Source of the DNA: Wolbachia endosymbiont strain TRS of Brugia malayi
GTDB lineage: Bacteria; Pseudomonadota; Alphaproteobacteria; Rickettsiales; Anaplasmataceae
DNA length: 32,000 nucleotides
Reading direction: 5' to 3'
Assembly: GCF_000008385.1 (NCBI RefSeq)
Contig: NC_006833.1
Location: 30,001 to 62,000 of the forward strand
Of the stretch, positions 1 through 8,941 are shown piece by piece. The position numbers and the translations under genes were made by a program. Numbering within the stretch: position 1 is the first letter of the stretch; every line of letters begins with the position of its first letter. The notes beneath the pieces were generated by a model. That model worked only from the letters and a program-made list of their open reading frames with translations, ran no database searches and had not been told where the DNA came from.

Positions 1-2
1 AA

Positions 3-155
3 GCTGACAAGGATTACGTTGACGCTGAATTGAATGCAAAACTGAATTCAAGTGATCTTCAAGAAAAAGTTAAAGAAGTGTTACCTACTCTCTTACAAAA
101 TCCTGAAGTTATGAGAATATTTGAAAGCAAGTTTCGAGCAAGAACAGGCGCATAA
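3..155 (+). CDS. C-terminal fragment of a hypothetical protein (start lies outside the window)
   Basis: Open frame from the window edge: ADKDYVDAELNAKLNSSDLQEKVKEVLPTLLQNPEVMRIFESKFRARTGA*, stop TAA at 153-155; helical/coiled-coil-like composition. Confidence 0.55.
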   Translation, partial: ADKDYVDAELNAKLNSSDLQEKVKEVLPTLLQNPEVMRIFESKFRARTGA

Positions 156-169
156 GCTAAATGGAATGG

Positions 170-205
170 GAGGTGGAGGCATCTCTACCTCTTTCCTTCC
201 ACCTC
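170..205. repeat. Inverted repeat just downstream of the first CDS (possible 3' hairpin)
   Basis: GAGGTGGA (170-177) pairs with TCCACCTC (198-205), 20-nt loop; no T-run follows, so a terminator role is unproven. Confidence 0.35.
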
Positions 206-324
206 AGCATATAAAATTCATTAAATTATTCCAAGTTTTAACTATATCTCCATCTAATGTTCACGCTTAAAGCATTAGATACTTTTTTTAAGATATAAGC
301 TAATTTTATGTTAAAATAACGTTC

Positions 325-440
325 TTGACTGGATTGCGGAAAGTCTGGACTCCAGCATCACGTGCTGGGTGCAGTTCATTGTACCGCGATTCATTTGTGG
401 TATCTCTGAATTCCGCTAGCAAGCAGCGGGATGACGGTAG
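325..440. repeat. Probable dispersed Wolbachia-type non-coding repeat
   Basis: Contains the 'gtctggactccagcatcacgtgctgggtgca ... gcagcgggatgac' type sequence; GC-richer than its AT-rich surroundings. Family assignment is from memory. Confidence 0.4.
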
Positions 441-445
441 CCACA

Positions 446-728
446 AAATATTTAAGAAATTTACTAAATAAAAAAAGGTAAAAAGAACCCTAGTCACTAT
501 CTATTTTCTGTATTGACGTTTTTTGAGTCTTAAACACTTTATAAGTGAGTTTCAACTTATATAGGTAAAAACCTAGGGATGTTGTGTGAAGACATAAGAT
601 GCATATAGTGCAAAAAATTAAACATAAAGTGCCAACTACGTGATACTTCGTCATTCAATCTGCACAGATTGAAGATAACTGAGTACCTTCTAGTGCTATG
701 GGGCTGACGAGGCTATCAAGTAGTTTTT
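446..728. repeat. Copy A of a diverged non-coding dispersed repeat (copy B at 23853-24148)
   Basis: Shared blocks such as 'aaatatttaagaaattta', 'cttatataggta', 'gttgtg(tg)aagacataa', 'gatacttcgtcattYaatctgcacaga', 'ataactgaRtacctt'. Confidence 0.75.
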
Positions 729-739
729 ATGCCAGTCAA

Positions 740-1900
740 CTACTTGCGCATATCCAAGATATTCTTTTCGTAAATATTATACCAACAATCCACTATTTTT
801 CTTATGTCTCGTGGCTTGGTTTGCGGACCTATACTAACTCTAATTGAACACTCTGCTTGTTCTCTTGTTGCCCCCATTGCAAGCAAAACATGGGAAGGCT
901 CAACTTTTCCAGAAGAACAGGCAGAGCCATTGCTAACAGCAATGTTATTTAAGTCAAAATTCATGAGCTGCACATCACTTTTCACTCCTGGCATGTAAAT
1001 AAGGCTCGTATTTGGTAGTCTTTTAGAGTTTTTGCCAAAGATTTTGATGCCACTGGCAAGATTCAATAACTCATACTCCAATTGATCACGTAGCTCCTTT
1101 ATTTCATCCATTTTTGATAGGAGATTTGAGATACTTTGCAATGCAGCAGAAAGACCTGCAATTGCAACAATATTTTCTGTGCCACCACGCAATCCTTTTT
1201 CTTGTCCACCACCTACTATGATAGGTTCTATTACGAGGTCTTTATTAAATATTAAAACTCCGCTGCCCGCTATACCGCCAAATTTGTGGGCAGATAAAGT
1301 TAGTAAGTCCATTCCTAAATCTTCCATATTAACCTTAATTTTTCCAACACTTTGAGCAGCATCAGTATGATAGATTGTCTCGAATTTATGTGCTATTTCA
1401 GCTATTTCTTTAACAGGCTGAACAACTCCAGTCTCGTTATTGGCCATCATAACCGAAACTATTACTCTATTTCCTTTAAGTTCACTTAAAATTCTTTCTA
1501 GCGCCAAAAGATCGACAATACCCCCCTGATTGACGGGTATTATATGTGGATTGCACGCAGAATTAAGAATTGAGGGATGTTCTACAGCTGAAATCACATG
1601 TTGAAAGCCTGCTATCCCTTTCATAACAAGACTATTTGCTTCAGTTGCACCAGACGTAAAAACTATTTCTTTATTACTTGGAACGCCAATAGCACTACGA
1701 ATGTTATCCCTTGCATCCTGAAGAATCCTTCTTGCTTCTTGTCCCTTTCTATGTAACGATGAAGGATTTAAAACCTGTTTTGATAGGACTTCAAGTATAC
1801 TCTCTTTTACACTGTCACTAACTGGAAAAGTTGCATTATAGTCAGCGTATATATAATCACTATTTTCTAAAGAAAATAGATTCAAATGTTCATTTGCCAC
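740..1900 (-). CDS. Cysteine desulfurase family protein (NifS/IscS-like, class V aminotransferase)
   Basis: 386 aa ORF; YADYNATFPV start, FTSGATEANSLVMKG, HTDAAQSVGK, LSAHKFGGIAGSG (PLP lysine), GSACSSGKVEPSHVL (catalytic Cys). Confidence 0.93.
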   Translation of the reverse strand: MANEHLNLFSLENSDYIYADYNATFPVSDSVKESILEVLSKQVLNPSSLHRKGQEARRILQDARDNIRSAIGVPSNKEIVFTSGATEANSLVMKGIAGFQHVISAVEHPSILNSACNPHIIPVNQGGIVDLLALERILSELKGNRVIVSVMMANNETGVVQPVKEIAEIAHKFETIYHTDAAQSVGKIKVNMEDLGMDLLTLSAHKFGGIAGSGVLIFNKDLVIEPIIVGGGQEKGLRGGTENIVAIAGLSAALQSISNLLSKMDEIKELRDQLEYELLNLASGIKIFGKNSKRLPNTSLIYMPGVKSDVQLMNFDLNNIAVSNGSACSSGKVEPSHVLLAMGATREQAECSIRVSIGPQTKPRDIRKIVDCWYNIYEKNILDMRK

Positions 1901-2033
1901 TTAATTAGCCTACTATTAACTATATATTAGCTTTAACACGGTAAAAAGCTTGTTGCAAAAACAGTAAAATTAATACATAATTAATATATGCACAATTTAT
2001 ATATCTGTTAACAGGTTTTCATTAGGAGCTGCC

Positions 2034-2732
2034 GTGGTAGAAGTTTTTTTAAATAATGCAACAAAAAAAATAGAAGGTGAGTACCACCAGAGCAAAGAGA
2101 CCAACGCACCAGTTGTGTTAATTTTACATCATCACCCTCAATATGGTGGCAGTATGGATAGTAAAATGATACATAGTATATACACATCTTTTATAGATAA
2201 CAATTTTTCTGCATTGAAAATTAACTTCCGTGGTGTTGGAAAATCCACTGGAACTTTCGATAAGGGTATAGGGGAGTTAACTGACGCCGCAATAGCCATT
2301 GATTGGCTTCAAGAACACAACCCTAGTAATGTTCCAATTTGGATCGTTGGTTTTTCCTTTGGAGCATGGGTAGCTATGCAATTGACAATGCGCAGACCTG
2401 AGATAGTAGGCTTTATTGCTCTTTCCCTTCCAGCAACAAAGTATGATTTCTCTTTTCTCTCCCCCTGTCCGGTTCCTGGGCTTATCATACAAAGCAGTAA
2501 TGACACAATTTCAGAAGAAAGTGATGTAACAGAATTAGCAAACAGGCTGATAAACTCAGTAAAAAGCGATCACATGGAGTACCACATTATAGGCGACACT
2601 AACCACTTCTTAAGAGATAAAGAAGAGGAGGTGACTCAAATTATAGACAATTATGTAAAATTGCGCTTGAATAGTGCAGCTATCTCTTCTCAAATGGTTA
2701 AAAAAGAGATAAGAATAAAAGAGTACGCTTAA
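2034..2732 (+). CDS. Alpha/beta hydrolase (serine hydrolase fold)
   Basis: 232 aa ORF; PVVLILHHHPQYGGSMDSKM, NFRGVGKSTGTFDKGIGE, GFSFGAWVAMQL nucleophile-elbow motif, IIGDTNHFL catalytic His context. Confidence 0.88.
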   Translation: MVEVFLNNATKKIEGEYHQSKETNAPVVLILHHHPQYGGSMDSKMIHSIYTSFIDNNFSALKINFRGVGKSTGTFDKGIGELTDAAIAIDWLQEHNPSNVPIWIVGFSFGAWVAMQLTMRRPEIVGFIALSLPATKYDFSFLSPCPVPGLIIQSSNDTISEESDVTELANRLINSVKSDHMEYHIIGDTNHFLRDKEEEVTQIIDNYVKLRLNSAAISSQMVKKEIRIKEYA

Positions 2733-2750
2733 TCGGAGAAAGGTTTGATT

Positions 2751-2921
2751 ATGTTTAAGAAATTATTGTTATGTGTTTTAGTTACTTTTGCCCTACAAGG
2801 GGGTTGTCCTAAGCCACGCAAGTTAAAAAGCCCATGTATAAAAGGCAATGAAAGCACTTCGTGCAAATTATACTCTGTCAATGATCACTGGCTGGGTAAG
2901 CACAAGTTAGTAGCTAAATAG
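2751..2921 (+). CDS. Small putative lipoprotein / secreted peptide (56 aa)
   Basis: MFKKLLLCVLVTFALQGGCPKPRKLKSPCIKGNESTSCKLYSVNDHWLGKHKLVAK*, 18 nt after the hydrolase stop, preceded by AGGAGA-like 'cggagaaagg'; signal-peptide-like N-terminus with a weak lipobox (LQGGC). Missing from the supplied ORF track (under 60 aa). Confidence 0.55.
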   Translation: MFKKLLLCVLVTFALQGGCPKPRKLKSPCIKGNESTSCKLYSVNDHWLGKHKLVAK

Positions 2922-2932
2922 ATTCTACCTAT

Positions 2933-3622
2933 TTATAATTTCACTAACGATCCATCTTTTAATTGTAGAATATAGTCTGCCTTTTCTGCAAGAAGATGGC
3001 TATGTGTTACTATAAGCATAGAGCTATTATTTTCCTTTACGTACGAATACAATAGTAAAAACACATTCAAAGAATTTGTTGGATCCAAATTTCCTGTAGG
3101 TTCATCCGCAAGTAAAAGTCTTGGAGAATTCACGATGCTTCTTGCAATTGCAACTCTTTGCCTTTCTCCGCCAGAAATCTCAGATATCATACTGCTTGCT
3201 TTGTTTTCCAGCCCAAATTTCTCTAACACTGCTTGTGCATTGTTTATTGCTTCAGCTTTGCCTTTTCTTGCAATTAGTTGAGGAAGAATAACATTCTCCA
3301 ACACCGATAACTCTTGTAACAAATAGTGAAATTGATAAACAAAGCTAAGAAAACTCCTTCTCATGTGGGTTTTGTGCTTATTACTGGCTTGTGTGCAATT
3401 TACTCCATCTATTGTAACTATTCCTGAAGTTGGCTTATCTAATAAGCCTGCAATTTGCAATATAGTTGTTTTTCCTGACCCTGAACTGCCAATTAATGCA
3501 ACTACTTGTCCTTTTGCAACACTTAGATTGATACCTTTTATAATAGCAGAATTTCTTTTGAAGCTCTTACTTATAGAAGTTAGCTCGAGTGCTATATTAC
3601 CACCCATGTTAAAAAAACTCAA
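2933..3622 (-). CDS. lolD: Lipoprotein-releasing system ATP-binding protein LolD
   Basis: 229 aa; Walker A GSSGSGKTT, signature ISGGERQRVAIARSI, Walker B LLLADEPTGNLD, H-loop VTHS; LolD-like spacing. Confidence 0.88.
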   Translation of the reverse strand: MSFFNMGGNIALELTSISKSFKRNSAIIKGINLSVAKGQVVALIGSSGSGKTTILQIAGLLDKPTSGIVTIDGVNCTQASNKHKTHMRRSFLSFVYQFHYLLQELSVLENVILPQLIARKGKAEAINNAQAVLEKFGLENKASSMISEISGGERQRVAIARSIVNSPRLLLADEPTGNLDPTNSLNVFLLLYSYVKENNSSMLIVTHSHLLAEKADYILQLKDGSLVKL

Positions 3623-3646
3623 GAGGCACTCAAACTCTGGTAATAA

Positions 3647-4105
3647 TTAAACTGAGAAGCTATTACCACATCCACACTGAGACTTAGCAAGAGCATTCTT
3701 TACTTGAAAACCAGAACCACTTAAGTTTTCAGTATAATCTATAATTGAGTTATTTAAAAATTTTACCGAACAATTATCAACCATTAATACAGGATTTCCA
3801 TCTTTATCATTAATTACTATATCTTTGCTTTTTCTACTAAAGCTAGAGCGGCTTCTATAGTCCTCACTTTCATCATCATCATCATCTTCGTCATCAAATT
3901 CATCATCATCATCATCGTCACTCAAAGATAGGTTTTTATCTATTTGATCCATAAGAAAATTGTACTTGAAGCCAGAACATCCACCACCTGAAACTGCAAC
4001 TCGCAAAATAGAACTCTTATCTTCTTCCTGCTCTACAAGAGAGTGGATTTTCTTTAATGCACTGTCAGTTAAGTTAATATTGTAATCTGTTGACATAGTC
4101 ACCAC
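3647..4105 (-). CDS. HesB/IscA/ErpA-family iron-sulfur cluster assembly protein with an Asp/Glu-rich insert
   Basis: 152 aa; INLTDSALKKIHSLV, SGGGCSGFKYNF, C-terminal SQCGCGNSF (conserved C..CxC); insert SDDDDDDEFDDEDDDDDESEDYRSRSS in mid-protein. Confidence 0.9.
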   Translation of the reverse strand: MVTMSTDYNINLTDSALKKIHSLVEQEEDKSSILRVAVSGGGCSGFKYNFLMDQIDKNLSLSDDDDDDEFDDEDDDDDESEDYRSRSSFSRKSKDIVINDKDGNPVLMVDNCSVKFLNNSIIDYTENLSGSGFQVKNALAKSQCGCGNSFSV

Positions 4106-4143
4106 CTTTTATTATTGATAACTTATTATAGTAAAAATTTTAC

Positions 4144-5343
4144 ATGTCAAACAATAATTTTCTATTAAGTTACGCGTGCTTTCCAAACAAAACAAGGGGA
4201 AGATACTTTAAAGAGCAAGAAGATGAAAACCGCAGCTGTTTTCAGCGTGATAGAGATCGCATTATTCATTCTAATGCATTTAGAAAATTGGAATACAAAA
4301 CACAAGTTTTCATTAATTATGAGCACGACTACTATCGCACTCGGCTTACCCATAGCCTTGAAGTTGCACAAATTGCAAGATCTATCGCACGTAGGCTTGG
4401 CTTAGATGAGGATATTACTGAATGCATAGCGCTCGCACACGATCTCGGTCACCCTCCATTTGGCCATACAGGCGAAAACGCTCTAAAGAGAGCAGTTCAA
4501 GATCTGAATCTTGATAACGAGAAATATGAATTTGACCATAATGTTCAGGCTATAAGGATTCTAACTTATCTTGAACAAAAACATGCTGATTTTGATGGCA
4601 TGAATTTAAGTTGGGAAGTGGTTGAAGGAGTTGCAAAGCATAATGGTCCCTTGCTTGGTCGAAATGCAGTATCTTACACAAATAATCAACTATTACTAGA
4701 ATATAATGAAAAATATAATCTAAAACTTGAAGAATTTTCAAGCATTGAAGCACAAGTTGCCTCAATTGCTGATGATATTGCTTACAGTGTTCATGACCTT
4801 GATGATGAATTGAGAGCGAATTTAGTAACTATTGAAGATTTGCTTAATATTCCTTTAATTGGAAAAACGTTTAAAGACGTAGAAAGTAGATATTCAGAAT
4901 TACCTCAGAACAAACTTATACATGAATCATTGAGTAGGACCATAGGAATGATGATAAGTGATGTTGTTTCTCAGACGGAAAAAAATATTGAAGATTACAA
5001 AATAAAAAGTGTAGAAGACGTAAGAAGTCTAAATAAAATGCTAGTCACATTTTCACCAGAAGTTGCAAATGCCACGAAAGAAGTGAAGAAATTCAACATG
5101 GAAAAAATATATAGAAGTTACAAACTTAACAGAACAATGAACAAAGCAAAACGTATAGTAGAAGAACTTTTTCAATGTTTTTATGAAAATCCAAGGTTAT
5201 TGCCCATAGAGTGGAACAAGCTCGCTCATAAATTCCAGCGTTCGGTAGTAATATGCGACTATATCTCGGGTATGACAGATAGATTTGCTATACACGAGCA
5301 CAGAAGAATTTTTGATACCTCATACGAAATGACTTCTTTCTAA
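4144..5343 (+). CDS. dgt: Deoxyguanosinetriphosphate triphosphohydrolase (HD domain dNTPase)
   Basis: 399 aa; RDRDRIIHSNAFRKLEYKTQVF, RTRLTHSLEVAQIARSI, ALAHDLGHPPFGHTGE, DIAYSVHDLDDE. Confidence 0.93.
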   Translation: MSNNNFLLSYACFPNKTRGRYFKEQEDENRSCFQRDRDRIIHSNAFRKLEYKTQVFINYEHDYYRTRLTHSLEVAQIARSIARRLGLDEDITECIALAHDLGHPPFGHTGENALKRAVQDLNLDNEKYEFDHNVQAIRILTYLEQKHADFDGMNLSWEVVEGVAKHNGPLLGRNAVSYTNNQLLLEYNEKYNLKLEEFSSIEAQVASIADDIAYSVHDLDDELRANLVTIEDLLNIPLIGKTFKDVESRYSELPQNKLIHESLSRTIGMMISDVVSQTEKNIEDYKIKSVEDVRSLNKMLVTFSPEVANATKEVKKFNMEKIYRSYKLNRTMNKAKRIVEELFQCFYENPRLLPIEWNKLAHKFQRSVVICDYISGMTDRFAIHEHRRIFDTSYEMTSF

Positions 5344-6479
5344 TGATTGACAACCATTTCATGTCAATTGCATTAAGTCTTGCAGAAAAAACTCTAGGGA
5401 ATGTTGCGCCAAACCCTGCTGTCGGGTGTATCATTGTAAAAGATGGAGTAGTAGTTGGTGAGGGCCATACAGGAATCGGTGGGCGCCCACATGCAGAAGT
5501 AGCCGCTTTGCAAAGCGCTAAAGGTTCAACCCATGGTGCAACTATGTATGTCACTCTTGAGCCATGCTGCCATTATGGGGTTACAGAACCCTGCATTATA
5601 GAAATAATAAGATCAGGAATAAAAAAGGTAGTAGTTGCAGCAATTGACCCTGATAAAAGAGTTTCAGGTGGCGGTATTAAAGCTTTAGAAGAAGCAGGAA
5701 TTACAGTGGAACAAGGGATTATGCAAGAGGAAGCAGAAAAACTGAATATCGGCTTTTTCACTACCAGGAAATTACATAGACCATTTATAGCTTGCAAAAT
5801 CGCAACAACTCTTGATGGAAAAATCGCAACATTTAAAGGTGATAGCAAATGGATAACAAGTGGAAGCACAAGAAATTGGGTACACGAGCTCAGAGCAAAA
5901 TATGATGCAATTATGATTGGCAGTAATACTCTCATTAATGATGATCCACTCTTAACTTGCAGATTACCAGGACTTGAAAGCAGATCACCAATAAGACTAA
6001 TTATAGACAGCCAGGAAAAATTGAAGGAAAAGCATAATGTTGTAAAGACTGCAGATAAAGTAACAACTTGGGTAATAATAAATAAAAAAATAGAGAAAAA
6101 AATAAAAAATATTAACTATCTAATAGTCAACTCAAATGATAAACCTATTCCAGCTTCACATACTGGAATGACATCGAATCAAGGGGAATATAGTACAGAT
6201 AAAGTTTGCCTAAAAGACATGGCATTAAAACTTGTTTCAGAGATTGGCATAACAAGGTTACTAGTCGAAGGTGGAAGAGTATTAACCACAGAGTTATTAA
6301 AGCATGATTTAATCGACAGATTGATAATCTGCCGTAGTGGTAAAATTCTAGGCAATGACGCCATTCCTTTTATAGGAAATTTAGAAATTCAATCCATTAA
6401 CAACTGCTACCAATTCAAGAAAGCCGAGATAATAGACTTTGATGAGGATATAGTTGAAGTTTGGGACAAATTACAGTAG
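5343..6479 (+). CDS. ribD: Bifunctional diaminohydroxyphosphoribosylaminopyrimidine deaminase / 5-amino-6-(5-phosphoribosylamino)uracil reductase
   Basis: 378 aa; APNPAVGCIIVKDG, GGRPHAEVAAL, YVTLEPCCHYGVTEPC (Zn deaminase), reductase domain RPFIACKIATTLDGKIAT, AIMIGSNTLINDDPLLT. ATG overlaps the dgt stop by 1 nt; an alternative start is at 5358. Confidence 0.93.
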   Translation: MIDNHFMSIALSLAEKTLGNVAPNPAVGCIIVKDGVVVGEGHTGIGGRPHAEVAALQSAKGSTHGATMYVTLEPCCHYGVTEPCIIEIIRSGIKKVVVAAIDPDKRVSGGGIKALEEAGITVEQGIMQEEAEKLNIGFFTTRKLHRPFIACKIATTLDGKIATFKGDSKWITSGSTRNWVHELRAKYDAIMIGSNTLINDDPLLTCRLPGLESRSPIRLIIDSQEKLKEKHNVVKTADKVTTWVIINKKIEKKIKNINYLIVNSNDKPIPASHTGMTSNQGEYSTDKVCLKDMALKLVSEIGITRLLVEGGRVLTTELLKHDLIDRLIICRSGKILGNDAIPFIGNLEIQSINNCYQFKKAEIIDFDEDIVEVWDKLQ

Positions 6480-6564
6480 TTTTTATATTCTTGAATAAAA
6501 GAAAGAGGTAAAAAATCTACCTCTAGTTAGTGGATTATTGACTTCCAACTAAAACTATAGGAGA

Positions 6565-7053
6565 CTAGAGCTTATTATCAACACTCAGGCTATCTAGTTT
6601 TGTTTGTATAGTCTCAATCTTCTCATCAACGTAAGTCGTGTCAGCTTTTGTGCCTGGTACATTTGTTAGTTGAGTGTTAGTAACCTAAACCCCTAGTTTT
6701 TGTTTCAACTGCTTTTTTAGTTGCTTCAGCCCTTCTAGCTGCGTTTTCACTATTTCTTTAACTTCCTCAGCATTCCTAGATGTCTTGGCTTCACTTATTT
6801 CTTCATTTTTATGCATTTGCTGATATGAAAAAATATGTGGCAATGACAGATAGAACTGCAACTCCAACAAGATTGACAATTATGCTAATAAGCACCAAAG
6901 GCTTGGTACAACAATTACATTAGTCGCAATTAATACTGTTGTTATTGCTACTGCTAAAGATGCAAGTGCAATCATGTATTCAATACCTGTTTTCATTATA
7001 TGTACGGTGTTTTTCCCTCTCCATATGCTTAGCTTATTTCCATTACCTGGCAT
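6565..7053 (-). pseudogene. Degraded small membrane/coiled-coil protein gene
   Basis: Reverse strand: MPGNGNKLSIWRGKNTVHIMKTGIEYMIALASLAVAITTVLIATNV | (frame change) TKPLVLISIIVNLVGVAVLSVIATYFFISA | KNEEISEAKTSRNAEEVKEIVKTQLEGLKQLKKQLKQKLGV(TAG)VTNTQLTNVPGTKADTTYVDEKIETIQTKLDSLSVDNKL*. Needs two frame changes and one stop. Confidence 0.55.
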
Positions 7054-7262
7054 AATAACTTTCCCCTAATAAAGTTAATAATAAATTTGGCGTACACGAT
7101 CAAGTTATTTTTTTAGGCATAATTTCGAGCTGAAAACCTGCTTTTTAACTGCCAACAACTGTATGCAGCTAGCTAAATTCGATAAACCAACAGCTGACCA
7201 GGTAAATTAAATAAAGATTTTTAGAATTATGGCCTTGGCCTACAATTTTATAAACATCGTAA

Positions 7263-7430
7263 TTTAAAAACAGGGAAAGCAGAACTAAAAAACTACTTGA
7301 CAAACTTTACAGCCCACTTATTATAATAGTGGGATTATTTTATAACTTTCCAATCTGTGCGGATAAAAATGACAAGAAGATCTTGTATTTAGTGTACTAT
7401 TGTTTAGTTTTATTATGAAGCCAAATGCAC
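7263..7430. repeat. Non-coding repeat copy with an embedded promoter-like element (partner at 14400-14555)
   Basis: 'TTAAAAACAGGG...ACTAAAAAACTACTTGACAAACT' matches 14400ff 'TGAAAACAGGG...ACTGAAAACTACTTGACAAACT'; weaker similarity continues through 'ctgtgcggataaa...attgtttagtttt'. Confidence 0.5.
7297..7327 (+). promoter_or_regulatory. Putative sigma70 promoter (TTGACA-19-TATAAT)
   Basis: TTGACA at 7297-7302 and TATAAT at 7322-7327, 19-nt spacer, about 215 nt upstream of the iscS ORF. Confidence 0.45.
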
Positions 7431-7541
7431 AACTTGTAGACTAGGAACCAGGTGTTCCTTCCTCATCATCCCTCTGGTAACGACGTTCGTGCACTGGATT
7501 TTGTACTTGAGACAATTATATCTTGAAAAAATTAAGTTTTA

Positions 7542-8837
7542 GTGCTACGAAAAACTGTAACTTCTATGCTCAAAACTTTTATACTGATTATGAATATGGA
7601 AAATGAGAAAGCACATATTACTAAAGTAAAATTACCGATATTTCTTGATTATCAATCTACTACTAAAGTAGATCCTCGTGTTCTAGAGATGATGATACCT
7701 TATTTTAGTGAGTTCAGTAATGCGCACTCTCGTAGCCATTCGTTTGGCTGGGCTGCTGAGGAAGTAGTGGAGAAGGCAAGGAGGCACATTGCCGATCTAG
7801 TAAATGCAGATAGCAAGGAAATTATTTTTACCTCAGGTGCGACCGAGTCAAATAACATGGCGATCAAGGGCGTTGCTCACTTTTATAAAAATAAAGGAGA
7901 TCATATAATAACTGTTTGCACGGAGCATAAGTGCGTTCTGGATTCTTGTCGGCATCTGGAAAATGAAGGCTTTAAGGTTACATATTTGCCTGTTAAGCGA
8001 AATGGAATTATAGATTTATCTAAGCTTGAGGAGGCAATAACTGATAGAACAATTCTGGTTTCAGTGATGATGGTAAATAATGAAATCGGAGTAATTCAAC
8101 CTGTAAAAGAAATTGGTGCAATATGCAGGAGACATAACGTATTTTTTCACACAGATGCTGCTCAAAGTTTTGGAAAAGTTCCAGTAGATGTAAATGGAAT
8201 GAACATTGATCTCATGAGTCTTACTAGTCACAAAGTTTATGGACCTATGGGAATAGGTGCGTTATATGTTCGTAGAAAAAGTCCTCGTGTTAGGCTAACA
8301 CCATTGATTAGTGGTGGGGGACAGGAAAGGGGTATGCGTTCTGGAACAGTTCCAACTCCTCTTGCAGTTGGTTTTGGTGAAGCAGCACGTATTGCTAAAG
8401 AAGAAATGAAAAAGGAGGCAAGCAAATTAGAAGAATTGAGGGATATTTTGTACAATAAGATAAAAGAAGCGTTTCCTGATGTTGTTTTAAATGGTGATTA
8501 TAATAATAGAATTCCAGGCAATCTAAACTTAAGTTTTCCCTATGTTGAAGGTGAGTCTCTCATCATGGCAATCAAGGATTTGGCAGTAAGTTCTGGTTCT
8601 GCATGCACATCTGCATCTCTTGAGCCTTCCTATGTTATACGATCACTAAACAGTGGCTATGACCTTGAGCATTCATCAATTAGATTTGGCCTTGGCCGGT
8701 TTACGACTAAAGACGAAATTTTATATGCGGCAGATCTTATTGCTAAAAATGTAGGGCGGCTAAGAGAAATGAGCCCACTTTGGGAAATGGTACAAGAAGG
8801 GATAGATTTAAACACTGTAAAATGGGACTCTCATTAA
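7542..8837 (+). CDS. iscS: Cysteine desulfurase IscS
   Basis: 431 aa ORF; [83 protein letters not shown]. The real start is probably an internal Met (7590 or 7596). Confidence 0.95.
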   Translation: MLRKTVTSMLKTFILIMNMENEKAHITKVKLPIFLDYQSTTKVDPRVLEMMIPYFSEFSNAHSRSHSFGWAAEEVVEKARRHIADLVNADSKEIIFTSGATESNNMAIKGVAHFYKNKGDHIITVCTEHKCVLDSCRHLENEGFKVTYLPVKRNGIIDLSKLEEAITDRTILVSVMMVNNEIGVIQPVKEIGAICRRHNVFFHTDAAQSFGKVPVDVNGMNIDLMSLTSHKVYGPMGIGALYVRRKSPRVRLTPLISGGGQERGMRSGTVPTPLAVGFGEAARIAKEEMKKEASKLEELRDILYNKIKEAFPDVVLNGDYNNRIPGNLNLSFPYVEGESLIMAIKDLAVSSGSACTSASLEPSYVIRSLNSGYDLEHSSIRFGLGRFTTKDEILYAADLIAKNVGRLREMSPLWEMVQEGIDLNTVKWDSH

Positions 8838-8941
8838 ATTTTGTGGTGGGTACCCATTCAGTCAGGTGGACAAGAAAAGGTAAGCTATATTGTAATAGTA
8901 ATCTTTTACATGCATATAAATAACCTTTCTGAAAAAGTTTT

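Noticed and set aside
306-497. 63-aa minus-strand ORF
   Set aside because: It overlaps a non-coding dispersed-repeat-like segment and the start of repeat copy A; unlikely to be a real gene.
3868-3923. TCATCA-type tandem trinucleotide tract considered as a microsatellite or CRISPR-like array
   Set aside because: It is in frame within a conserved gene and encodes the acidic insert; there is no spacer/repeat architecture.
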